DNA of 19,897 bases, taken from assembly GCA_019894975.1 (NCBI GenBank), contig JAGXNO010000055.1, forward strand, positions 1 to 19,897, written 5' to 3'. Both the position numbers and the translations under genes were made by a program. Source of the stretch: Promethearchaeota archaeon. GTDB taxonomy: Archaea; Asgardarchaeota; Lokiarchaeia; Sigyniarchaeales; SOKP01. The notes below the pieces were generated by a model. The model was not told the origin of the DNA, did not search any database, and saw only the letters and a program-made list of their open reading frames with translations. Positions 9,679 to 17,256 of this stretch are shown in pieces (within the stretch, counting starts at the first letter, position 1; each line of letters opens with the position of its first letter).

Positions 9679-10056
9679 ATGCCTGATTCTAAGAAAATAA
9701 TGGAAAATTTTGAGCCTTCCGAAATAACGGCAAACTTTTTTGTATTGTTTAAGGATGAGAGTGTTTCTATCGATGGTTGGATATCACTGGATCTAACCCT
9801 TAATAAGTTTATATCACGATTACAAGGAGAGATTGAATATTGTTGGGGCGAAGAATATGCGAATGTGGATGATTATTTTTTATTTTATATAGATATTGAT
9901 GAAAAGAATAATCTCAAGGAAATCAGGAAAGAAGAAGTTTACCAAGAAGTAAGAAAACTTAAAGACATTTTCATTGTGGCTTTACATAAAGAAATCAAAT
10001 ACCGAATAATCGAAAATCTTCCATCAGTCTTCGATTGGTTTATGGCATATTCTTAA
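9679..10056 (+). CDS. Hypothetical protein, possible ubiquitin-like beta-grasp (RA/PB1-like) fold
   Basis: 125-aa ATG ORF filling an otherwise empty gap with protein-like composition. The fold call rests on the residue pattern only. Confidence 0.7.
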   Translation: MPDSKKIMENFEPSEITANFFVLFKDESVSIDGWISLDLTLNKFISRLQGEIEYCWGEEYANVDDYFLFYIDIDEKNNLKEIRKEEVYQEVRKLKDIFIVALHKEIKYRIIENLPSVFDWFMAYS

Positions 10057-10181
10057 TACCATCTCTATTATCAGTTCTTGACAACCCAATGTCTTTTTTA
10101 TAAATCTTTTTGCTTTAGATTGAAACTAACAAAGACTCATTTTTAGAAAACTATATTACGATTCTTGAATTACTATTCTTG

Positions 10182-10207
10182 ATTGGGGCATTTAAAGATG
10201 CACCAAT
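10182..10207. promoter_or_regulatory. Imperfect inverted repeat upstream of csp (operator or 5'-UTR hairpin)
   Basis: ATTGGGGCAT-TTAAAG-ATGCACCAAT: 9 of 10 arm positions pair. A TTTAAA lies at the centre and the repeat ends 27 nt before the csp ATG. Confidence 0.45.
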
Positions 10208-10234
10208 TTTAATGAATGCAATAAGGTTTTATAA

Positions 10235-10489
10235 ATGACCAAAGGTACCGTTAAGTGGTTTAATAGTAAGAAAGGCTTCGGGTTTATAACCCCTGATGAT
10301 GGTTCCGCTGATGTTTTCATCCACTATTCTGCAATAGGTGGAGAAGGTGATGATTTTAAGATTATCTATGAAGGAGACATCGTGGAATACGAGATCACAG
10401 AGGGTGAGAAGGGACCTCAGGCGACTGGTGTTAAAGTTACACAAAAAGGACCTCGAGTGAACACACGTGGCCGTAAATCGTTTTATTAA
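10235..10489 (+). CDS. csp: Cold-shock domain protein (CspA family) with basic C-terminal extension
   Basis: [11 protein letters not shown]1 KGFGFI, RNP2 [21 protein letters not shown]. Confidence 0.95.
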   Translation: MTKGTVKWFNSKKGFGFITPDDGSADVFIHYSAIGGEGDDFKIIYEGDIVEYEITEGEKGPQATGVKVTQKGPRVNTRGRKSFY

Positions 10490-10742
10490 TAATTTAATTT
10501 ATTAGTAAAAATAAGTAATAAGAGTATTAATAAGAATTAGGAATTTGGCAAGATAAAAAATATGCAGTAAAGGTGTTCTAAACTACTTCTTTTGATTATT
10601 TTAAGTCTTACATATTCCCTTTTTTTTAATTTTTTATTTAAGCACTAATTTTTGTCTAACAGTTTCATAATAATCTGCTTCTGTCATACAGTATAGTAGG
10701 TTCCATATCTATTAAAAATTAACCATCAAAAATATATTATAT

Positions 10743-10752
10743 AAAAAAAAAA
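10743..10752 (-). terminator. Oligo-U tract, candidate archaeal intrinsic terminator
   Basis: A10 on the plus strand (T10 on minus) directly after the stop codon of the minus-strand gene ending at 10753. Confidence 0.45.
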
Positions 10753-11283
10753 TTAACTTTTTACCATATAACGCTGAATACAATGTTTGTCTCCATGAGT
10801 AAGAGATGATGCTAATTCAAATTTTATATCTGGATTATATCCTTCCATAATAGCCTCATCGATATACTCACAATAAATCTTTCCAAATTCCTTTTTACCC
10901 CAATCTTCACATCCCTCACAAAAAATACAACTGCGAATTACTACTTCAACATTTCCATCTCTAATATTCATCTTGTATTTTGCTGTATCAGCTGAATCGA
11001 AGGTGCTATATACCATGAAATTCTTGAGTGTTAACGATTTCCCTTTAGATTTTACAAGTTCTGCAATTTCTTTACCCCTTCTCTTCCCAAATTGCTTTAC
11101 TGATGCGACTATTGCTTTTTTCCCTTCTTCTCCAAATCTTGTGATAACTTCTTCAGAGATAGTACAAAAAAGTCTGGCAAATAAGTTAAAATTATTAATT
11201 TTATACTTATTACCGATTTCCCTTTGTTCCGTAAGAGCTTCTAACAAATCTTCGTTTGTAAATCCTTTAAATTCTTCTGAAAT
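10753..11283 (-). CDS. L-2-amino-thiazoline-4-carboxylic acid hydrolase-like protein; start uncertain (ATT 11283 proposed, TTG 11247 in ORF track)
   Basis: RFGEEG..AI..FG.RRG, C.FC, FGKIYCEYIDEAIMEGYNP, LTHGDKHC pattern of this family. The frame stays open upstream through SEEFKGFTNED to an in-frame TGA at 11290-11292. Confidence 0.78.
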   Translation of the reverse strand: MSEEFKGFTNEDLLEALTEQREIGNKYKINNFNLFARLFCTISEEVITRFGEEGKKAIVASVKQFGKRRGKEIAELVKSKGKSLTLKNFMVYSTFDSADTAKYKMNIRDGNVEVVIRSCIFCEGCEDWGKKEFGKIYCEYIDEAIMEGYNPDIKFELASSLTHGDKHCIQRYMVKS

Positions 11284-11303
11284 GATTTTTCACCCTTTAA
11301 TCC

Positions 11304-11888
11304 TTATTCTTTTTTATAAGTTTTTCCTATGCTAAAAGCACTACCGAGGAATTCTCCAATTTTCCAATATTTATTATCTATTGAAAATATGAATGGTTTT
11401 ACTTTGGTTATATCTGGTATTCCATTAGTAAGATAATATTCATCAGCATATGCGCCAACAACTTTTCCTATAAAGATTTCGTGTCCCCTTTCTGCTTCAG
11501 AAAATTCAGTCGTATTAATGCTTTTTACAACCTTACATTCCAAATTTATTGGAGCATGTTGTATCATCGGTGCTGTTTTCAATTCCCCATAAAAGACTTC
11601 AAACACTTCCGATTTATCTATTTCCTTCCCTGATACAACCCCCACATAATCTGCAACTTCCACCATTCCTTCCGAGGGAATATTAACACTAAAAGTTTGA
11701 TTTTCTTTTATCCCCAAATTTGTATAGTGAGATTCAAATGAAGATATGGCAATTAATGGTGGTTTATATTCAACTACGTTTATCCACGCTAATGCCATAA
11801 ATGTGGGTTTTCCTTTCACTATTGTTCCGATAATTGAAACAGGCATAGGATAAACATATACTCCAGGTCTAATTTTATTTTTTGTCAT
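11304..11888 (-). CDS. Flavin reductase-like (flavoredoxin family) FMN-binding protein
   Basis: YPMPVSIIG, MALAW, PPLIAI, FSVNIP, G.VSG...DK, APMI..APINLECKV, HEIFIGKV. Confidence 0.9.
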   Translation of the reverse strand: MTKNKIRPGVYVYPMPVSIIGTIVKGKPTFMALAWINVVEYKPPLIAISSFESHYTNLGIKENQTFSVNIPSEGMVEVADYVGVVSGKEIDKSEVFEVFYGELKTAPMIQHAPINLECKVVKSINTTEFSEAERGHEIFIGKVVGAYADEYYLTNGIPDITKVKPFIFSIDNKYWKIGEFLGSAFSIGKTYKKE

Positions 11889-12059
11889 TTTAGATCCTAA
11901 CTATAATTTTTGAATTAATTTATGTAATTATCATATTTTAACATTCATCTTATACAATTTTAAACTAGTGTAGTTATTTGAAAGAGGAGTGATTTCGGCT
12001 TTTAAAACAATACTGATGGTTAATGTGAGTTAGTAAGGATAGGTATAAAGAGCAATATT

Positions 12060-13580
12060 TTAAAATTTATGAGTTTGTCCATCTTCCAATAATACTATAT
12101 TATCAAAATTCTCTTTAAACCATTCTGGATTATCAGTATGAACAGGGATTATAATCTCAGGATCAATCTTATCGATTGCCCAAGTTAAATCTTTTTTAGA
12201 AGCGTGTCCTGAAGCATGAAAACCTTTGGTAAAAATTGGCTTTTCTTTACCATCTTCTTCAACAATATCAAATCCATAAATTTTAAAATTAAAATATTTA
12301 AGCCAATTTTTCAACCTTACAAAATCAAATTCGGATTCTTCTTCAAAAGCTTCACTTGAAGAATAAATATATGTTCCTGAGGGAGGTTTAATGTCTAATA
12401 AGTTTTTCATATCAAAAAATGAAAAACATAATATATATTTCTCAGGATCATTTGAAATCTCTTTTGGGTCTACATTATGAATATGGGGTTTGTCTTGTAG
12501 AAGAAGTGATTCCCAATTTCTCCTAGTTGATTTAAGTCCTCTGAATATGCAAAGATCCTTTATTCTATCTTTCCCATCAGCCTTTTCGAGTGCGTTAAGC
12601 AAATATCCATCTTTAGAGGGAATAACAAGTGACCTTCCCACTTTTTCTGCAATTTTTTGGAATGTTTCAAGTCTTTCAAAGTTTCTAGCAGAAAAATCAG
12701 CAATAATAAGTCCCTTTGCGATTTCCGCAGTCCTGCGACAATTTTCATAAACTATATCCTCAGATTCACTAATGTCTTCCTTTACAGTTCTTGTACCTTC
12801 AATAATCAAGACGGGTACATTTTTAGCTTCATTAATAAATCTCTCACTATACTTTCCCTTGCTCCCATGCAACCGAAAATCCCCCGTGTAGGCGATAGTG
12901 GTCTCCCCTGATATCAAATAAGCTGTTGCACCAAATATTGAATGATCCATGTCATAACCAGTTATTTTAAAATCAAGAGGATAATCTTTCAATAGCGTAA
13001 TATTGCCCTCTTCAAACGTAGCTCTTTTTTTTACGCGGGCTTTGAAAAAATCAACGAATTCTTCAGAGATTTCTTTTGTGCAAATAAAATTCCTCCCGAT
13101 ATCTCTATTTTTTTCAGTTTCTAGGAGTCTTCCATCCTTTTTTTGGTGTTTAAGTGAATAGTATGCCACGTCAGATCCAAGCATAGAACCAGAACAATCT
13201 AACATCCCTTTAAGTAACATTAGAGTTGAGGGAGATAAAATTACAGGATATTGAGGATTTAATAAACCAATATTCCCAAAGTGATCCATATGTGCATGAC
13301 TAAGTAAAATTGCCTTGATATCTAATTTTGGGAATTTAGAAATATCTGTATCCGAAGGGATTAAGTCTTTTCGATATATATTAAGTTTTGGGATTAAATT
13401 GAGATGTAAGAGATCATGGATTCCTCGGTTTCCCCGAGAAGATAAAAATTCTTGAAAATAAAGTCCATATTTTTTAAAGTTCAACCCAAAATCTAGAAAA
13501 AGACCATTCCCATTTTCATTAATGTAGATTTTATTTCCACCAATTGTTTTAGCTCCATCGTACACTGTTATAGAAGTCAT
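12060..13580 (-). CDS. Beta-CASP / RNase J-like MBL-fold nuclease (paralog 1)
   Basis: IGGNKI, LDFG, SHAHMDH, DHSI.GA, YTGDFRLHG, IIEGT (motif A), FHASGHA (motif B), IIPVHT (motif C). Confidence 0.88.
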   Translation of the reverse strand: MTSITVYDGAKTIGGNKIYINENGNGLFLDFGLNFKKYGLYFQEFLSSRGNRGIHDLLHLNLIPKLNIYRKDLIPSDTDISKFPKLDIKAILLSHAHMDHFGNIGLLNPQYPVILSPSTLMLLKGMLDCSGSMLGSDVAYYSLKHQKKDGRLLETEKNRDIGRNFICTKEISEEFVDFFKARVKKRATFEEGNITLLKDYPLDFKITGYDMDHSIFGATAYLISGETTIAYTGDFRLHGSKGKYSERFINEAKNVPVLIIEGTRTVKEDISESEDIVYENCRRTAEIAKGLIIADFSARNFERLETFQKIAEKVGRSLVIPSKDGYLLNALEKADGKDRIKDLCIFRGLKSTRRNWESLLLQDKPHIHNVDPKEISNDPEKYILCFSFFDMKNLLDIKPPSGTYIYSSSEAFEEESEFDFVRLKNWLKYFNFKIYGFDIVEEDGKEKPIFTKGFHASGHASKKDLTWAIDKIDPEIIIPVHTDNPEWFKENFDNIVLLEDGQTHKF

Positions 13581-13750
13581 TGTCTACTAATTTTTCTTGA
13601 TAAAATTAATTATAATTTAGATCTTACCTATAATAAGTAAATAATTCATCTTGAATTTGAATATGATGGGTTTATTTATCTACTTTTTAACAATTTTATG
13701 AAATAACTAAAATTATTATATTATTGCATGGTTCATGCTATTTACTAAGT

Positions 13751-13777
13751 AATTTTGAAATTGATGATTTCAAAATT
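13751..13777. promoter_or_regulatory. Perfect 11-bp inverted repeat, candidate operator in a divergent promoter region
   Basis: AATTTTGAAAT-TGATG-ATTTCAAAATT, ending 36 nt before the GTG at 13814. Confidence 0.5.
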
Positions 13778-13813
13778 CTTTTAACCAAGAAAGACAAAAA
13801 GAGATGAAATTAA

Positions 13814-15286
13814 GTGGGATCTTCTGTTAAATTAACACTTTATGGGGGCGTAAATAAAGTAGGGGGAAACAAGGTTCTATTAGAGGATAACGTATATGAT
13901 GTGAAGGTGTTTATCGATTTTGGTATAAATTCGAGTGAATTTTCACATTTAAAAGCCAAAAATCCTGATCCAACTAAGGTTGAGCAGTTAGTTAATAATC
14001 ATATACTACCTCGAGACGAAGACCTCCCAATTCAGAATTTATATTCGAAACATTTTATTTATGATCATAATAAATACAAGTTCCGCGAGAAAGTGAGAGA
14101 TTGTGAAAATAAGGTAGATCCCCCATCGAATCTTGATGGGATTTTAATTTCACACCCCCATAGGGATCATTACCAAGGGCTTTCTTTTGTAAACCGTAAT
14201 ATTTCAATTTATGCAGGAGTAGTAACTAAAAGGATAATAAAAGCATCATCATTATGTATGCCTCCCAAATTTGAAAATTTTCTCTATGGATTACAGTGGA
14301 CTCGTTTTAGAACTGGTAATACCATTAATATCAAGGGAATGGAAATTTTTCCCGTTCATGTGGATCATTCTATCCCTGCGGCTTATGGTTTCATTATATG
14401 CACATCTGCAGGAATTATAGTGTATTCGGGAGATTTTCGAATGCATGGACCTCTCCAATTAATGACAGCAGATTTAATTCGAAAAGCTAGAGAATTAAGT
14501 GAGGAAAAAAGAAATAATATAAAATATCTAATTTGCGAGGGTACACATATAAATAAAGGAGCGATAGAATCTGAGAGAACAGTAAAACAACACTTAAGAA
14601 AGTTATTTAACTATATGCTATTTGATTATTTTCTTGTTCACTATGATAGAGTGAATTGGGATAGGTTTAGAACTTATGTAAATATAGCAAAAAAATTTGG
14701 TTGGAAATTTATTATTACTGAAAAAGATGCGTATTTCTATAACCGTCTTAATATGAAAGCGGTTTATGATACCATGAAAGACCCAAATATAGAAGCTGAT
14801 AAAGATATTTTAATTCTTTCCCAAGACGATACTAAATTACCATGGAAAAAGAGTTTAAATGAATTATTAGGAAAAAGTGAAATGACGCCACGGAGAATAA
14901 GCATAGATGATTTAAAAACCCTTGAAGGGAAGTTTTTTCTCTATTTTGCATCAAATTGGGACTATAATAAGATAAAAAACTATTTACCCCCAAATTTGAG
15001 GGGAGCATTCATCTGTTCTAATGTTGATCCCTATGCGGAGGACTATAGATTCTACAAGAATAAAATTTCAAATGAATTATTTGAAAAAGGTATTCCTTCC
15101 TATAGAATTCATTCTTCTGGTCATGCTAAAGTTCATGATCTAATTAGATTTGTCAATGAAATAAACCCAGAATATCTAATTCCAATACATACGAATTATC
15201 CTGAAGCATTTGAAAAAATTTTTAGAAATGAGAATATTAAGATTATTTTACCAATAAGAGAAATACCGATTGAAGTGGATTGTTAA
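13814..15286 (+). CDS. Beta-CASP / RNase J-like MBL-fold nuclease (paralog 2)
   Basis: VGGNKV, IDFG, SHPHRDH, VDHSIPAAYG, YSGDFRMHG, ICEGT, IHSSGHA, LIPIHT. GTG start. Confidence 0.88.
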   Translation: MGSSVKLTLYGGVNKVGGNKVLLEDNVYDVKVFIDFGINSSEFSHLKAKNPDPTKVEQLVNNHILPRDEDLPIQNLYSKHFIYDHNKYKFREKVRDCENKVDPPSNLDGILISHPHRDHYQGLSFVNRNISIYAGVVTKRIIKASSLCMPPKFENFLYGLQWTRFRTGNTINIKGMEIFPVHVDHSIPAAYGFIICTSAGIIVYSGDFRMHGPLQLMTADLIRKARELSEEKRNNIKYLICEGTHINKGAIESERTVKQHLRKLFNYMLFDYFLVHYDRVNWDRFRTYVNIAKKFGWKFIITEKDAYFYNRLNMKAVYDTMKDPNIEADKDILILSQDDTKLPWKKSLNELLGKSEMTPRRISIDDLKTLEGKFFLYFASNWDYNKIKNYLPPNLRGAFICSNVDPYAEDYRFYKNKISNELFEKGIPSYRIHSSGHAKVHDLIRFVNEINPEYLIPIHTNYPEAFEKIFRNENIKIILPIREIPIEVDC

Positions 15287-15369
15287 CAATTCTATTTCAA
15301 TGATTACCCTCTTCTCTATTAAATATATAAGAAAATACTTTAAATAAATTAAAAGATAATAATCAAATC

Positions 15370-16599
15370 ATGTCTTCATCTAATATTGAGGAGTCTACAA
15401 TCGGTCGTAGTGAATCTCACAAATTTTTGCACTTAGTAATCTATTTACTTTTCTTTTTCGGTCCGTTAACTGGAAATGTTATACTGGTCTTATTCCATAC
15501 GCTTTCTGAAGAATTTAGTGTATCTATTAGTGCAATACAAGTTGCAATTCCCGCGTTTATGTTTCCCTTTGCTATTACTCAACTTTTTTCTGGAGCGATT
15601 TCAGATATAAAAGGAAGATTCCCCGTATTATTCATTGGTTTGATTTTGTTTGGCATTGCGATGTTAATTGCAACCCTATCTATATCTTTGGAATTATATA
15701 TTATAGCGAATGTATTAGGGGGAATAGGATTTGGTTTTATTAATCCTGTATTGATTTCTTTAATGACAGATATCACGAATCCCCCAGATATACCAAAAAA
15801 AATGGGATACCTCGGAGCGAGTGCTAATCTCGGAGTAGGAATAGGACCTCTAATTGCTTCCCAAATGATAAACATAGGATGGCGCTCAATATATATACTA
15901 TTTATTCTCATTACAATTTTTGGGTTTATCTACATTATATCTGCAAAAAGACCACCTCAAAAAGTTCCCAAGGAGTCAGGAATTCAGCTTCTATTTTCAC
16001 AACTCTCTGTAGAAATTCGTCGTGTTGTAGTTGTAATGATGGTATTCTCAGCATTTTTATTATCACACACATACTTAGCAATAAATATTTGGACATCTAA
16101 GATACTCTCAGGACTCTCTCCAATCATTGATGAAAGTGTGGTTGGATTAATATTGGGTTTAGCAGGTATAGGAGCTGCGATAACTGGTTTTTTAACAGGC
16201 ATCACAATTAAGAAAAAAGGTATTCTGATTCCTATTATTATTGGTTCTATTTTGCTGTTTATTTCCTTGACGATTATCCTTACTATTGGAGACATTACTC
16301 AAGAGGACGTATTTGTATTTTTAGCAATAGGTTGGATATTTGCAGGTCTTGCGGGAGGAATTTTATTTCCGGCTTTAACTTATTATAGTCAAATACTTTC
16401 ACCAGAAAGGCGAGGTGCTTTAGCGGGATTACTCACTGCGGGATATTTTATAGGGATTGCTTTAGTTCCTTATACTTTAGCCCCGATGTCAGACTTGTTT
16501 GGGATAACGGGAATATATTTTTCGATATTACTAATCTCCTTATTGTTTGTTTTTATATTAGCTTTATTGTACGTATTCGCAAAACGAGTCAAGAATTAA
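15370..16599 (+). CDS. MFS transporter (drug:H+ antiporter-like)
   Basis: MFS motif A GAISDIKGRF, about 12 TM segments, GVGIGPLIA (antiporter motif C-like), PERRGALAG. Confidence 0.9.
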   Translation: MSSSNIEESTIGRSESHKFLHLVIYLLFFFGPLTGNVILVLFHTLSEEFSVSISAIQVAIPAFMFPFAITQLFSGAISDIKGRFPVLFIGLILFGIAMLIATLSISLELYIIANVLGGIGFGFINPVLISLMTDITNPPDIPKKMGYLGASANLGVGIGPLIASQMINIGWRSIYILFILITIFGFIYIISAKRPPQKVPKESGIQLLFSQLSVEIRRVVVVMMVFSAFLLSHTYLAINIWTSKILSGLSPIIDESVVGLILGLAGIGAAITGFLTGITIKKKGILIPIIIGSILLFISLTIILTIGDITQEDVFVFLAIGWIFAGLAGGILFPALTYYSQILSPERRGALAGLLTAGYFIGIALVPYTLAPMSDLFGITGIYFSILLISLLFVFILALLYVFAKRVKN

Positions 16600-16615
16600 T
16601 AATAATTTTAGAAAA

Positions 16616-16774
16616 TTAGAGTTTAAGCTTATCTTTAATTCTTTTTTCCTGATTATCTAAAGATTCTTTTTCTTTTCTTATAATACTAAAAACATCTCTT
16701 TTGCTTTCACTATCCTTAAAGGCCTTGTCGAGTTCCTCTTCTAATTCTTCATCTGATATTTCTTCATTATCCAC
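16616..16774 (-). CDS. Small, highly charged helical protein, 52 aa (not in ORF track)
   Basis: Translated by hand from GTG 16774 to TAA 16616: MDNEEISDEELEEELDKAFKDSESKRDVFSIIRKEKESLDNQEKRIKDKLKL. It fills the gap between the MFS and cupin genes and is co-oriented with the cupin. Confidence 0.62.
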   Translation of the reverse strand: MDNEEISDEELEEELDKAFKDSESKRDVFSIIRKEKESLDNQEKRIKDKLKL

Positions 16775-16819
16775 AGGTTAAAAAGAGTAAAGTAAAAATA
16801 TAAAATTTGGGTTAATTAG

Positions 16820-17164
16820 TTACTTCTTCACTATTATTGAAGCTTTTATCATAACCAGCATCATTTTAAACTGTTTTAAAGCTTTTAATGCATGGGGTTC
16901 ATTTGCAGGCATTATTATCATTTGTCCTTTTTTGACAATATGAGTTTGATTTCCAATTATGATTTCAGCTTCTCCGTCAAGAATATATACAAGAGCATCA
17001 AATGGAGCTGTATGTTCGCTTAATCCTTCATCCTTATCGAAAGAAAACAATGTGACTGTGCCAACATTTTTGTTCATTATAGTTCTGCTAACGACTGAAC
17101 CCTCTTGATAATCTAACATCTTATCTAAATCAAATACTTGACCTAAAATTTCTTTTTCACTCAT
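16820..17164 (-). CDS. Cupin domain protein
   Basis: GSVVSRT, TLFSFD..EGLSEHTAP.DA.VYILDGEAEI, GQMIIMPANEPHALKA. Confidence 0.92.
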   Translation of the reverse strand: MSEKEILGQVFDLDKMLDYQEGSVVSRTIMNKNVGTVTLFSFDKDEGLSEHTAPFDALVYILDGEAEIIIGNQTHIVKKGQMIIMPANEPHALKALKQFKMMLVMIKASIIVKK

Positions 17165-17256
17165 AAGTTTCTCATCTATTAAAAAAAATTGCTTCTTACT
17201 TTTAAAAATGAAAAATGCTATTTAAAACTAAATTCGAACATGTTATGTAAATTAGG

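Noticed and set aside
5668-10056. Methyltransferase, MBL hydrolase and GTPase run read as a defence island or operon
   Set aside because: Co-orientation is the only link. There is no nuclease/helicase partner, integrase or visible compositional break, and the MBL and GTPase belong to families common in such genomes.
10490-10742. AT-rich spacer after csp with AATAAG repeats and T runs, considered as ncRNA or CRISPR remnant
   Set aside because: No regular repeat-spacer period and no GC-rich stem. Consistent with convergent terminator and low-complexity DNA.
11290-11292. In-frame TGA upstream of the ATC-hydrolase-like gene as possible selenocysteine or readthrough fusion with the flavin reductase
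   Set aside because: The flavin reductase is in a different frame with its own TAA, the TGA is part of the SD-like motif, and I saw no SECIS-like structure.
11984-12033. SD-like GAGGAGTGA on the plus strand in the flavin reductase/beta-CASP spacer
   Set aside because: Followed only by a 5-codon ORF at unsuitable spacing.
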